64,000 nucleotides of DNA from an uncultured Solirubrobacteraceae bacterium (lineage in GTDB: Bacteria; Actinomycetota; Thermoleophilia; Solirubrobacterales; Solirubrobacteraceae): NCBI GenBank assembly GCA_963703205.1, contig OY969799.1, forward strand, positions 2,228,032-2,292,031, written 5' to 3'. Positions 1 to 10,102 of the stretch are shown here, piece by piece. Both the position numbers and the translations under genes were made by a program. A model generated the notes under the pieces. It was not told the origin of the DNA, did no database searches, and saw nothing but the letters and a program-made list of their open reading frames with translations. Position 1 is the stretch's first letter. Each line of letters opens with the position of its first letter.

Positions 1-2
1 TC

Positions 3-515
3 GAGATCGGCGAGGTCCGCAGCGGCAGCGAGCAGTTCCTGCGCGCGAGCGCAGAGCTGAGCCGGGAAACCGACCGCATGGAGTCCGCGGCCCGCGAGCT
101 GCTCGCCGACGATGAGCGCCGCGCGCAGCTGCAGCGCGTAGTGCTCGAGCTCGGCGAGCACGCATCGCGGGTGATCGCCGACTGGGCGCCGGTGATGGTC
201 GGCGCTCGCGCGTATGCGAAGGTGCTCGACCGCCACGTCGAGCTGGCGGGGCGGCTCGAGTGGCTGAGCAGCGTTCTCGCCCACAACGAGCCGGCACCCG
301 ACCAGAGCGGGCGCGAGCGTCAGCTCGCCCGCAGCAACGTGGCCGCCGAGCGGGCCGAGCAGCTAGGCAGCGACGACTGGGTGCGCGAGCAGGTCCTCGC
401 GCTGATCACGCTCGGTCTGGAGCTCGACGAGGAGTCCCGAGAGCACGCCTTCTCGCTCGTGCCGATCAGCTGGTGGACGGAGCGGACCCACGAGCTCGCC
501 ACCGGCGAGCAATGA
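3..515 (+). CDS. hypothetical protein, 5'-truncated by window edge
   Basis: Frame open from position 3 through ATG78 to TGA515; GC3-rich codon usage; no recognisable family. Confidence 0.75.
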   Translation, partial: EIGEVRSGSEQFLRASAELSRETDRMESAARELLADDERRAQLQRVVLELGEHASRVIADWAPVMVGARAYAKVLDRHVELAGRLEWLSSVLAHNEPAPDQSGRERQLARSNVAAERAEQLGSDDWVREQVLALITLGLELDEESREHAFSLVPISWWTERTHELATGEQ

Positions 516-549
516 GCTCTCGCTGCCTGAGGGAGGAACAGCTCGCCGC

Positions 550-690
550 GCCCGAGACCGCGTCTCCGCCCACGAGCACGGCCTCGATCTGATCCGAGGA
601 GCCGTCGGCGCGAGCCCGCAACAACGAGGGACGGCCGATCTCCTCGCCCCGGCGGAGCTCGATGCGCTGACCCGACCCGCCGCGGCGAAG
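550..690 (-). pseudogene. PhzF-family epimerase C-terminal remnant
   Basis: Translation QRIELRRGEEIGRPSLLRARADG...VLVGGDAV resembles the PhzF C-terminal motif (QG.E.GRPS.L...VGG.AV); no N-terminal part. Confidence 0.5.
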
Positions 691-721
691 CGGTCGAGAG
701 CGCCGAGCACGGGCCGGGCGC

Positions 722-1462
722 TCAGAGATCCGACAGCGCCAGGCGCGCCGCACCGAACTCGAGCGACACGCGGCCGGCCCTGACCTCCGCGGGCACGCAG
801 ATCGCGATCTCGAGAAGCTGCTCGGGACTCGCTTCGGCCGCCGCGAAGGCGACGTGCGCGCCGTCACTCGTCACCAGCGCCGGCCGCTCCGCCCCGGCGT
901 GCTGCACCTCCAGGCCGAGCACCTCGCCCCAGCGCGCCGCCGTCTGTCGCGGGTCGTCGACCGCGAGCGTGATGCCCTGCAGGCGCCCGGGCGCGCCATG
1001 CCCCCTCGCCTGCGTCCATCCCGGCCCGCCCCAGCGCCAGGTGCCGTAGGGGCGCGAGCTGTCGAGCGAGACGATCGCGCCGCGCAGGTCGGATGGATGC
1101 ATGTGCGTGCCGGAGATGTCAGGGAGGTCGATCTGCCAGACGGTGCGCACCCCCGCACGGGCGGCGCGCTCGCGGGCGCCCTCGAGATCCTCGAGATCGA
1201 AGAGCACCATGTAGCCGCCGTCGCCGCCGGCGCGATCGAGCTGCCGCCCCGCGGCGGTGCCTTTCCCAAGCGGCGAGACGATCTCCAGGAAGCAGTCCCC
1301 GATCGCGAACACGCAGTTGGCCAACCCGAACTCGCCGACCCCGGGATCGCGGAACGGCTCGGCCAGCGAGAGCTCACGTTGCAGCGTCGCCGCCGCGGCG
1401 TCGAGGTCGGCCGCGACGAGCACCGCCTGGCGGAGCCTGACTGACGGGGTCGCCTGCGCCAC
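722..1462 (-). CDS. VOC/glyoxalase-like domain protein
   Basis: RLRQAVLVAADL, FRDPGVGEFGLAN, FLEIVSP, GDGGYMV motifs of glyoxalase-like family. Confidence 0.75.
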   Translation of the reverse strand: MAQATPSVRLRQAVLVAADLDAAAATLQRELSLAEPFRDPGVGEFGLANCVFAIGDCFLEIVSPLGKGTAAGRQLDRAGGDGGYMVLFDLEDLEGARERAARAGVRTVWQIDLPDISGTHMHPSDLRGAIVSLDSSRPYGTWRWGGPGWTQARGHGAPGRLQGITLAVDDPRQTAARWGEVLGLEVQHAGAERPALVTSDGAHVAFAAAEASPEQLLEIAICVPAEVRAGRVSLEFGAARLALSDL

Positions 1463-1513
1463 CCCCGAAACCTAAACGGTCCGGCGCCCCGCCGGGCAGG
1501 CGATAATCAGCGC

Positions 1514-2059
1514 GTGTCCAGCCGGCTGGATCCCGCAGCCGCGCGTCGCTCGCCGGCCCGGCGCGTGGGCGATGCGCTCGCCGCCCTGCTGGTGCCGGGG
1601 GAGAACCCATCCGGCGCCGTGCTCGGGCTGATCGTGATCGGCGCGCTGCTCGCGGCAGAGAGCGGGCGCCACGAGAGCTATCTCGACACGCTCGGCTCGG
1701 CGGCTCTCGCCACCGTCCTCTACGGGTCGGCGCACACGTACGCGGAGCTGCTCGAGACGCGCCTCGCCGAGCGCCGGCGTCTGACCGCGGGCGTCGTGCT
1801 GCGCACGCTCGGCCGCGACGCGACGCTGATCCGCGGGGCCGCGGTGCCACTGATCGTTCTGAGCGTGGCGGCCGTCGCGGGCGCCTCGCAGGAAACGGCG
1901 GTGACGCTCGCGGTGTGGAGCGTGGTCATCGCGCTCGTCGCGTTCGAGCTGCTCGCGGGCGTACGCGCCGGGGCCGGGCCGAAGGAGCTCGCGATCGAGA
2001 CCGCCTTCGGCGCGGCGATGGGGCTGGCCGTGCTCGCGCTGAAGATCATCCTGCACTGA
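1514..2059 (+). CDS. integral membrane protein
   Basis: Multiple hydrophobic helices; ends LALKIILH like conserved actinobacterial membrane hypotheticals. Confidence 0.75.
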   Translation: MSSRLDPAAARRSPARRVGDALAALLVPGENPSGAVLGLIVIGALLAAESGRHESYLDTLGSAALATVLYGSAHTYAELLETRLAERRRLTAGVVLRTLGRDATLIRGAAVPLIVLSVAAVAGASQETAVTLAVWSVVIALVAFELLAGVRAGAGPKELAIETAFGAAMGLAVLALKIILH

Positions 2060-2147
2060 CGCGGGGACGCAGAGGGGCATCCGGGCTCACAAGCCTGGCG
2101 CGCAATCGCCGTAGACAACCGTCTGCGGACCTGTACCATCCGGCTAG

Positions 2148-3584
2148 TTGGAACAATCCTTACCACCGGACAGCGTGTTCGAGCAGAGGGAGGCTTCTCA
2201 CTTGGAGCGAGAGGACCATCGGTCGGCGGACCCTGCGCCCGCGACGGCCTCGCGCGAGCGTCGCTCGGCGGACCCCGCCCGCGGGACCGCGTCGCGCGAG
2301 CGCATCGACCCGATCTACCGGCGCCTGCCGCGAGGACCGCACGGCCTCGGCGCCGCCGCGATCCGCGCGCACCAGCGCGCCCGCATCCAGGGGGCGCTGG
2401 TGCGAGCCGTGGAGCGCGGCGGCTACGAAGGGCTCACGGTGCGCGAGGTGATCGCGCTCGCCGGCGTCTCCCGCCGCTCCTTCTACGAGCAGTTCGGGAA
2501 CCGTCACGACTGCTTCCTGCGCACCGCCCGCGCGCTATCCGAGCGAGGCCTCGCCGACGCCCGCCGCGCGTGCGCGGAGCAACCGCGGCGGGGACCCTCA
2601 GCGGCGATCGCGGCCCTGACCGCCGCCGCCGCTGCCGATCCCCCCGCCGCCCGGCTCGTGCTGGTGGAGACGCTCGCGGCCGGTGACACCGGCGCGGCGC
2701 TGCGGGGCGAGCTGCTCGGGAGTGCCGCGCGGATGCTGCGCGCCGGGCTTCCTCCCGCCGGGCGCGGCCTGCCGGCACCGGCCCTGCGCGTCCTCGCCGG
2801 GCTGCTCGCGGCGATGCTCGAGCCCCCGTCGGAAGGGCATCCCGCCGCCCCGGACGCCGCGCACATGAGCTCGCTCCTGTTTGCGGCGGTCCCGCCCGCG
2901 GGATGCCCTGCGGCAGACGTGCTCGCATGCGGCATGCAGGCCGGGCTGCAGCGAGCCGCGGGCAGGCCGCCCGTCGCGCGCTCGAGCGCGGCGCGGGAGC
3001 CTGCCGCCCGGATCATGAGCAGCGCGCTGACCCTCGCGGCACGCCAACCGGTTCAGCGGCTGAGCGTCCCGCAGATCGCCGACACGGCAGGGGTGCCCGT
3101 CGACGCGGTGATGTCCGGCTTCGGCGGACCGGAAGCGTGTGTCGAGCGGGCCCTCGAGGAGGCCGCGAGGCGCACTCTGGCGGTCGCGGAGACGGCTGTG
3201 GCTACAGCCGGCTGCGGCGCACAGTCGGTGCGGCTCGCGCTGGGCGCCGTGCTCGGCCACCTCGCGGCCAACCCCGAGCAGGCTCGAGGCATCGCGCTCG
3301 TGGCGCACCGCTCGGGCGCACGGGCGAGGGCGGGTGCCGATCGCTTCCGCGGCGGGCTGGGCGCGGCGCTGCTGCGCGGAGCGCCGGCCGGCTCACCCCC
3401 GCCGGCAGCCGCCGGCGAGGCCCTCATGGACCTGGTGCGCCAAGCGCTTCTGGAAGGGCGGGAGCGGCTGCTGCCGGCGCTCGCCGACCCGGCCGCCTAC
3501 GTGCTGCTCGCCCCTGGACTGGGCGCCGAACGGTCGCTGCAGGCGCTCAGCGCCGGCGCGCGCGGCGCTCGACGAAGTGCGTGA
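2148..3584 (+). CDS. tandem (double) TetR/AcrR-family transcriptional regulator
   Basis: LPRGPHGL...QRARI...GYEGLTVREVIALAGVSRRSFYEQF HTH plus a degenerate second HTH (LSVPQIADTAGVP); start uncertain. Confidence 0.75.
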   Translation: MEQSLPPDSVFEQREASHLEREDHRSADPAPATASRERRSADPARGTASRERIDPIYRRLPRGPHGLGAAAIRAHQRARIQGALVRAVERGGYEGLTVREVIALAGVSRRSFYEQFGNRHDCFLRTARALSERGLADARRACAEQPRRGPSAAIAALTAAAAADPPAARLVLVETLAAGDTGAALRGELLGSAARMLRAGLPPAGRGLPAPALRVLAGLLAAMLEPPSEGHPAAPDAAHMSSLLFAAVPPAGCPAADVLACGMQAGLQRAAGRPPVARSSAAREPAARIMSSALTLAARQPVQRLSVPQIADTAGVPVDAVMSGFGGPEACVERALEEAARRTLAVAETAVATAGCGAQSVRLALGAVLGHLAANPEQARGIALVAHRSGARARAGADRFRGGLGAALLRGAPAGSPPPAAAGEALMDLVRQALLEGRERLLPALADPAAYVLLAPGLGAERSLQALSAGARGARRSA

Positions 3585-3810
3585 GCACGATTCCGACCAG
3601 CAGCGAGACGACGATCACGATGATCAACGGCACCCGTCCGGACCCGACAACCCAATGCACCTTGACCTGGTCGAGGTTGAAGACCGCGAACAGCGTGATC
3701 AGGACCGAGAGGAGCGTCGCGGCGCCGACGCGTGCCTGCTCGCGCGGCGAGCGGCGCGGGCGCTTGTGGGGGCTCTGAGCTGAGTGCTCCTGGGGTCGCG
3801 TGGTGGACAT
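3547..3810 (-). CDS. LapA-domain (DUF1049-like) small membrane protein
   Basis: LITLFAVFNLDQVKVHW...PLIIVIVVSLLVG two-TM pattern; ATG at 3810. Confidence 0.7.
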   Translation of the reverse strand: MSTTRPQEHSAQSPHKRPRRSPREQARVGAATLLSVLITLFAVFNLDQVKVHWVVGSGRVPLIIVIVVSLLVGIVLTHFVERRARRR

Positions 3811-3890
3811 CGCCCTGGGATGATCGTAGCGCTCGCCGCACACGGCACGATGTGCTGCAACCGGCGACGCCACGGCGAGCCGCGAATACC

Positions 3891-4553
3891 ATGAGCTCGA
3901 TGGGACGCCCGTTGCCGACCGCGCTGCTCGGGGCGCTGCTGCTCGCGGCGCTGCCGCTTGCGGGGTGCGGCGGCCCGGCGAGGAAGACCGTGAGCGCGGC
4001 CAGCGTGCCGCCCGCGCCCTCCACCCGCTCGACCACCTCCTCGACGACGACGACGCAGGCGAGCACGACCAGCACCGCCACGGCGCCGGCCCAGAGCACC
4101 TCGACGAGCTCGACGACGCGCACCGGCTCCGAGCCGGCGTTCACCGAACCCGAAGGCGAAGCCCGCAACGGCAGCCTCGGCGCGGCAGTCACAGCGGTCA
4201 AGTCGCGTGGGTACGACCCGCAGGACACCTCCGAATACCACCTCGACCAAACCCTCAGGGTGCTTGTGGGGACCCGCTCGGGCTCGGGCGACGGCTACGG
4301 GCAGCAGGTCTTCTTCTTCCTCGACGGCCACTACCTCGGGACTGACGCGAAGGAACCGAGCGCGAAGCTGAAGGTCGTCTCGCAGAGCGACACCGAAGTC
4401 GCGATCGCCTATCCGCTGTACCGGCCGAACGACTCGCTGTGCTGTCCGGGGGGCGGCCACCGGGTCGTCCACTTCGCGCTGAACAACGGTCAGCTCACGG
4501 CGCTGGACCCGATCCCGCCGGCGCACTCGGCGAGCGGCCTGAGCCGCAACTGA
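3891..4553 (+). CDS. LppP/LprE-family lipoprotein
   Basis: Lipobox LAGC, Ser/Thr linker, QVFFFLDGHYLGTD and YRPNDSLCCP motifs. Confidence 0.8.
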   Translation: MSSMGRPLPTALLGALLLAALPLAGCGGPARKTVSAASVPPAPSTRSTTSSTTTTQASTTSTATAPAQSTSTSSTTRTGSEPAFTEPEGEARNGSLGAAVTAVKSRGYDPQDTSEYHLDQTLRVLVGTRSGSGDGYGQQVFFFLDGHYLGTDAKEPSAKLKVVSQSDTEVAIAYPLYRPNDSLCCPGGGHRVVHFALNNGQLTALDPIPPAHSASGLSRN

Positions 4554-4575
4554 CGGCGGGCTGCCCGCTCGTGGA

Positions 4576-4884
4576 TCAACCGCCTCGCCGCCCGTCGCCT
4601 GAACGCCGGGCGGACCTGAGCGCCAGCCTCCGCCACCACGGCTCCGGGCGCGGCTGGGTCGCAAGCCACTCCTCCCGGAGCCGCAGTTCGCCGCTGCGGC
4701 GGGCGCGCACCACGCATTCGGTGTGCGCATGGCGGCGCCGGCTCAGATCCCCCTCGGGCGCGATCAGCATATGCTCGCTCAGAGCGGGGAGCAGATGACC
4801 GCATATCGGACAGCGATAGGTCGATGGCTTACGGTTGGCGGCGCGGCGCACCGTCCACCATTGAGCGCGCGGAAGCCCGGGCAC
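4576..4884 (-). CDS. small hypothetical protein with CxxC and His/Cys cluster (possible Zn-binding)
   Basis: YRCPICGHLLPALSEH...RRRHAHTEC; GTG start at 4884 inferred. Confidence 0.65.
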   Translation of the reverse strand: MPGLPRAQWWTVRRAANRKPSTYRCPICGHLLPALSEHMLIAPEGDLSRRRHAHTECVVRARRSGELRLREEWLATQPRPEPWWRRLALRSARRSGDGRRGG

Positions 4885-5964
4885 CGGCCCATTCTCGCGC
4901 CATTGGCTGTGACCCTGACGGCCGGCGCGCTGATCGGCTTCGGCGTCGCGCTGGCCCGCGCCGGCGAGGAGCGCCGTCCGCGACGCCCGCGCCGTCCGGG
5001 TGAGCTCGGCCTGCGACGCGGGGAGAGCGTCTCGGCCGGACTGCGGCGGATGGCGATCGAGCAGGCCGAGCTCGCGATCGAGGAGCTCGCGGCGGCACAG
5101 GGCGGGGACGCAGGGCGCTCGGTACACGAAGCAAGAAAGGCGATCAAGCGGATGCGCACGATCGTGCGGATGCAGGAACGGCGGCTCGGACGGGACGGCT
5201 GCGCCCGCGAGCAGGAGGTCCTGCGCGCGGCGTCGAGCAGGCTCGCGGGCGCCCGCGACGCCGCGGTGCTGCTCGCCACGCTCGACGGGCTCGTCGAGCG
5301 CGATCCGAACAAGCTCGCCGGGAGCCCGGGAGTGACGAGCCTGCGGCTCGCGCTCGCCGCCGAGCGCGGTCGCGCCGAACGGGCGGCGCTCGAGCCGGCG
5401 AACCTCGAGCAGGCGTGCGAGGAGCTGCGCGCGTTCCGCCGGCGGGCGTCGGGGTGGCCCCAGGCGAACGGGCCGGGCCTCGGCGATGCGAAGAAGGGCC
5501 TGCGGCGCATCTACCGGCGGGGAAGGCGCCGGATGCGCCGCGCCGCCGCGTCGGGAGACATGCAAACGATGCACGGCTGGCGGAAGCGGGTCAAGGACCT
5601 GCGCTACGCCGCCGAAGCGCTCGGACCGGCGCCCGCCGACGCAGCGGCCGGGCGGAAGGGGCACCGCGACGGCGCGGCGTCGAAGCGGCTGAGCAAGGTC
5701 GCCCACCGCGCCGACCAGCTCGGCGAATTGCTCGGCGAGGAGCACGACCTCGCGGTGCTCGGCGAGTGGATCGAGGCTCACGGCGCCGGTGCCGGCGCGG
5801 GCGCAGGCACGCGCAGGCGCCTGCGCAAGGCGATCTCGCGTCGCCGCCGGAGGCTGCGCCGCCGCAGTCTGCGCGCGGCTGGCTCGCTGTACGGCCCCAA
5901 GCCGAAGCGGTTCATCAGGGTCGCCGAGCGGGCCTGCCGCGGGCGGTGGGAGGAGCAGCGCTAG
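4861..5964 (+). CDS. CHAD domain protein
   Basis: VHEARKAIKRMR, LAGARDAAVL, HGWRKRVKDLRY, LGELLGEEHDLAVL; start uncertain. Confidence 0.85.
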   Translation: MSARKPGHRPILAPLAVTLTAGALIGFGVALARAGEERRPRRPRRPGELGLRRGESVSAGLRRMAIEQAELAIEELAAAQGGDAGRSVHEARKAIKRMRTIVRMQERRLGRDGCAREQEVLRAASSRLAGARDAAVLLATLDGLVERDPNKLAGSPGVTSLRLALAAERGRAERAALEPANLEQACEELRAFRRRASGWPQANGPGLGDAKKGLRRIYRRGRRRMRRAAASGDMQTMHGWRKRVKDLRYAAEALGPAPADAAAGRKGHRDGAASKRLSKVAHRADQLGELLGEEHDLAVLGEWIEAHGAGAGAGAGTRRRLRKAISRRRRRLRRRSLRAAGSLYGPKPKRFIRVAERACRGRWEEQR

Positions 5965-6437
5965 GAGACGCTGACGATCGTCATCGTGCGCGTGCCGCGC
6001 GGCAGCGAGACCGAGATGCGCTGTCCGGCGCCCCGCCCGAGCAGGGCGGTGGCCATCGGCGATTCCGCCGAGAGGCGCCCGTCGCGGGGAGATGCGTCGT
6101 GCGAGCTGACGATCCGCCAGGTCTGCTCGGCTCCCTCCTCGTCGCGTACCACCACGGTCGAGCCGAGGCCGGCCACCCCCGGGGAGGGCGGCTGGTCGGC
6201 GACGACGACGGCCTGGGTGATCTTTTCGCGCAGACGCGCGATCTTCGTCTCGAGATGGGCCTGGTCGTTCTTGGCGTCGTGGTACTCGCTGTTCTCCTTG
6301 AGATCCCCCCACTCGCGCGCGGTCTTGATCCGCTCGGCGATCTCCCGCCGTCCCTCGCCCTCGAGCAGCGCCAGCTCGGACTTCAGCGTCTCCAGGCCCT
6401 CGGCCGTCATCAGGTTGGCTGCGTCGTTCATCTGCAC
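5961..6437 (-). CDS. greA: transcription elongation factor GreA
   Basis: MTAEGLETLKSEL, AREWGDLKENSEYHDAK, LSAESPMATALLG. Confidence 0.92.
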   Translation of the reverse strand: MQMNDAANLMTAEGLETLKSELALLEGEGRREIAERIKTAREWGDLKENSEYHDAKNDQAHLETKIARLREKITQAVVVADQPPSPGVAGLGSTVVVRDEEGAEQTWRIVSSHDASPRDGRLSAESPMATALLGRGAGQRISVSLPRGTRTMTIVSVS

Positions 6438-6533
6438 CAGACCCTACCCCTTGGCGGCCCTGCGCCGGCGCCGGCCCCGTTCGGGAGGATCGGAGGGCGG
6501 TCGGGTCGTCCTCGCATGGCGGCCGCGCCCGTC

Positions 6534-7841
6534 CTAGAAGTAAGTGCTGGGCGGCGAGGCGAGCAGCGCGTATATCTGCACGATCGCCGCCTGGACGAGC
6601 AGCTGGCCGCTGGGCGGCGAGCCCGCCACGAACAGGTTGTTGCTCAGCCGCAGATGCGTCCACGCGTAGTCGACGTAGCCCTGGGCGATCGCCGGCCCGG
6701 GCGGGTCGTGCGTCACCGAGTCGAGATACAGCAGGTTGCGGAAGTAGATCGAGGGGAAGAACGGTGTCTCTTCGCCGAGCCGCGCGGGTGTGAAGTAGGC
6801 CAGGGCGGCCGCTGCGGTCTGCCTCGCCTGGTAGAGGTAGGCGCCGTTGCCGGTCGCCTGGTAGAGGAGCGTGCCGGCTCCGATCATCACGCCCTGCGTG
6901 TAGCTGTAGAGGTGGGGTTCGACGATGCCGCGCCGGTTCACGTGGTCGGCGTAGAGCTCCGAGGGGAGCAGCAGGCAGGCGCGCACCCATTCGTAGGCTG
7001 TGACGGCGAACTGCAGGTACGCGGGATTGCGGGTGGCGCGGTAGAGCTGCAGGGCGAGCTCCGCGGCGGGGGCCGTCGTGATCGTGTTGCGGGTGCTGTT
7101 TTCGGGAAGGTTCGAGAACGGCACACCGCCGCTGCAGCCGAGCCCGGGGCCTGCCTGCCAGGCGGCCGTCTCGAACGCCATGATCCCTTCGGCGGCCCCG
7201 AGCAGGGCCGTCTTGTGGGTCATCTCGTACATCCGCATCAACTCGATGCCGACCCAGTCGTTGTCGTCGTAGTACTTGGCGCCGCCGGGTCCCGCCGGCG
7301 GAACGACCGTGCCGTCGTAGGCGGGGATCGTGCTCGTGAACGTCCCTTCGGGCTGTCCGGAGTCGTTCAGGTCCAGGTAGGAGCGCAGGCCGGCCAGCCG
7401 CACGTCGAGTTCGTGGGTCATCAGCCGGTGCAGCGCCGGGACCTTGGCGACGGCGGGCACCTCGGCGAGACTGACGGTGGCGGCGAGCGCCTGCGAGAAC
7501 GGCCACAGGTAGGAGAACGGTTCGCCCTTGTACAGCCCCGACCCGGGGATGTAGTAGGCCCTCTGCATCTCTTCGAAGGCGACCATGCCGCGGGCGGGAT
7601 CGCCGTGCAGGACCTTCTTCGGCTGCTTCTTGTTGTTCGGCTTGGCTGCCGCTGCCCGGGCGCTGACGCGGCGACGAGCGCGCAGCGTGAACGCCGGCCG
7701 CGTCGCTGCGGCCGGGTAACGCGAGGCGCCGGCCGGGGAGGCGGCGCGGGCCGGCTGCGCTGCGAGGGGCAGCGCCAGGCAGGCGAGCAGCGCGAGCGCG
7801 GCTCGGCGAAGATGGCGTTCGAGCACGATGAGGAGCTTCAC
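6534..7841 (-). CDS. secreted glycoside hydrolase family 76
   Basis: Signal peptide; YYDDNDWVG catalytic DD motif; YSYTQGVMIGA; start inferred. Confidence 0.8.
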   Translation of the reverse strand: MKLLIVLERHLRRAALALLACLALPLAAQPARAASPAGASRYPAAATRPAFTLRARRRVSARAAAAKPNNKKQPKKVLHGDPARGMVAFEEMQRAYYIPGSGLYKGEPFSYLWPFSQALAATVSLAEVPAVAKVPALHRLMTHELDVRLAGLRSYLDLNDSGQPEGTFTSTIPAYDGTVVPPAGPGGAKYYDDNDWVGIELMRMYEMTHKTALLGAAEGIMAFETAAWQAGPGLGCSGGVPFSNLPENSTRNTITTAPAAELALQLYRATRNPAYLQFAVTAYEWVRACLLLPSELYADHVNRRGIVEPHLYSYTQGVMIGAGTLLYQATGNGAYLYQARQTAAAALAYFTPARLGEETPFFPSIYFRNLLYLDSVTHDPPGPAIAQGYVDYAWTHLRLSNNLFVAGSPPSGQLLVQAAIVQIYALLASPPSTYF

Positions 7842-7937
7842 TACCCTGCGAACAACAGCCGACGGCGGCGATCGTTGTGGTCCGGCGCGGCGAAGCACAA
7901 CGCGGGCGGCGATCCTTCCACACGGGGGCGGCCGCGG

Positions 7938-8783
7938 GTGAGCGCCGGCTTGCAGCCTCGCCGCTACGTGGCGGTCGGCCACGTGACGGTCGACGTGATG
8001 CCCGGCGGCGAGCGGCGGGCGGGCGGCGGCGCGCTCTACAGCGCCCTGCAGGCATCCCGGCTGGGGCTCGCCGCGACCGTCGTCACACGCGGAGTGCCGG
8101 CCGAGATCGAGGAGCTGCTCGAGCCGTTCGCAGGGGAGCTGGAGCTGATCGTGCAGCCCGCCGCCACCACGACCACGCTCGAGACTTTCGGCGCCGGTGA
8201 GGAGCGCCGCCAGCGGGTCCTGTCGTGGGGCGGCCCCGTCGAGCTCACGGCGCTGCCGGCCGGTGAGATCCTCCATCTCGCCCCGGTCGCGGCCGAGCTC
8301 GCCGGTGAGGCGCGCGGCGACTGGCCGTTCGTGGGGCTCACGCCGCAGGGCTTCGCGCGTCGCTGGGGCTCGGCGCGCTGGATCGAGGGCTGTCCGGCCG
8401 AGCCGTCGCTCGCGCTGCTGGCGGGGCGCCTGGACGCGGTCGTGCTGAGCGCGGGCGAGCGAGCCGACTGCGCGGAGCTGCTCGAGCGCGCGCTGGGCGC
8501 CGGAGCGACGATCGCCGTGACGGCCGGCGCCGGCGCGACCGAGCTGCTCGATGCAAGCGGCACGCGCCGGCTCCCCGTGCATCCGCTCGCGGCGCCGGTC
8601 GACGATCTCGGCGCCGGCGACGTCTACGCCGCCGCCTTCTTCGCAGCGCTCGCGGCGGGAGCGGAGGGCGGCGCGGCCGCGCGCGTGGCCCACGCGGCCG
8701 CTGCGCTACGGATGCAGGGGGCCGGGGCAATGGCGATCGCCGACGCGCGGCAGATCGAGGCTGCCGTCACGGCCGGCGCCTGA
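7938..8783 (+). CDS. PfkB-family carbohydrate kinase
   Basis: VAVGHVTVD, GGGALYSA, DDLGAGDVYAAAF. Confidence 0.85.
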   Translation: MSAGLQPRRYVAVGHVTVDVMPGGERRAGGGALYSALQASRLGLAATVVTRGVPAEIEELLEPFAGELELIVQPAATTTTLETFGAGEERRQRVLSWGGPVELTALPAGEILHLAPVAAELAGEARGDWPFVGLTPQGFARRWGSARWIEGCPAEPSLALLAGRLDAVVLSAGERADCAELLERALGAGATIAVTAGAGATELLDASGTRRLPVHPLAAPVDDLGAGDVYAAAFFAALAAGAEGGAAARVAHAAAALRMQGAGAMAIADARQIEAAVTAGA

Positions 8784-9809
8784 TCAGACCGCCAGCGCCC
8801 GCTCGATCAACGCTGTCAGCTCCTGCTCGTGCAGGCGCTGCTGCTGGCCGCGGGCTTTCGCCGCGAGCAGCAGGCTGCCGCCGACCGGCGCCATCTCGAC
8901 GATCGCCACGCGCGCGTGCGGGGCGGCCTCGGCGATGCGCCGGCGCAGCGGCGCGAGGAACACCTCGCCGGCCTTGTAGGCGCTGCCGATCAGCCCGACG
9001 GGGAACTCGTCCTTCAGTCGCACCTGCCCGATCACGGCCGCGATCTGGTCTCCGAGCAGCGTGGCCCCCCGCTCGAACAGCTCGCGTGCGACCTCGTCGC
9101 CGTGCTCGGCGAGCTTTGCGGTGTCGATCGCGAATGCCGCGATCTCCCCCTTCGTCAGCGGCTTGGAGTAGACGAGGCTCGCCACCGCCTCGACGGTCTC
9201 ACAGCCGAAGAACTCGCAGGCGGCGCGGCCGAGGCCGGTGGACGGCCCCGAGGCGTCGCGGTCGCGCAGCGCGGCTCGTATCGACTCGGCCCCGAGCCAG
9301 TAGCCGGAGCCCTCATCGCCGAGCAGGTGCCCCCAGCCACCGGTGCGCCAGCTGCGACCGCCCTCCCCCACCCCGAAGACGTTCGAGCCGGTTCCGGCGA
9401 TCGCCGCCACCCCGGGCCCTGCTCCGGTGGCGCTCGCCCAGGCGCCGACAACGTCGTTGACGACGATCCACGCGTCGCCCTTCGCGGCCCGCACGTGGCG
9501 GGTGACGGACGCCGTGTCGGTCCCGGCCACCGCCGCGACCGCGCAGCTCAGGTCCTGCTCGCCGATGCCGGCGCCCTCGAGCGCCTCCGCGGCGGCCTCG
9601 AGCAGCGCGTCGACGGCGGCCTTGGCACCGACCGCGTCCTCGTTGCTCGGTCCCCCGTGGCCGACGTGCAGCCGCTCCCGCTCGAGGTCGAGCACCGCCG
9701 CGAGCGTCTTCGTCGCGCCGCCATCGATGCCGAGCAGGTAGCGAGCGTCCTCGGAGTGACGCGGGGACGTCAGCTCGCCGGGCAGGGACACCAGTGGGAC
9801 GCGCTCCAT
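8784..9809 (-). CDS. BadF/BadG/BcrA/BcrD-family N-acetylglucosamine kinase-like protein
   Basis: LGIDGGATKT, VVND, IAGTGS, GGWGHLLGDEGSGYW. Confidence 0.88.
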   Translation of the reverse strand: MERVPLVSLPGELTSPRHSEDARYLLGIDGGATKTLAAVLDLERERLHVGHGGPSNEDAVGAKAAVDALLEAAAEALEGAGIGEQDLSCAVAAVAGTDTASVTRHVRAAKGDAWIVVNDVVGAWASATGAGPGVAAIAGTGSNVFGVGEGGRSWRTGGWGHLLGDEGSGYWLGAESIRAALRDRDASGPSTGLGRAACEFFGCETVEAVASLVYSKPLTKGEIAAFAIDTAKLAEHGDEVARELFERGATLLGDQIAAVIGQVRLKDEFPVGLIGSAYKAGEVFLAPLRRRIAEAAPHARVAIVEMAPVGGSLLLAAKARGQQQRLHEQELTALIERALAV

Positions 9810-10102
9810 CAGCGCGCCATCCTCGCAGGAACGCGGGACGGCGCCGGCCGGCGCCCGAAGCGCTCGGTCGCCACGCTGCAGGTCGCCTGCGCCGCGATCG
9901 CGGCGAGCTGCTGCATCTGTCCAGCGCCGACGGCGGCGCCGACGAGCTGGGCATGCGCGAGCGTGACCCGCGGCGTCCCGCTGGCGCCGTTCGCCGACGG
10001 GTCGCAGAGCGTCCAGAGTCGGCCGATCGGCTCATGCCGCCGCCGGGAGCGGTCGATGTGGCAAGCAAGGCAAGCCAAGCCGACGAAGGGGACCAGCACG
10101 AG

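Noticed and set aside
4576-8783. Very long ORFs of 1159 aa (-) and 1122 aa (+)
   Set aside because: Shadow frames of real genes in high-GC DNA; only their 3' ends (CxxC protein, PfkB kinase) look coding.
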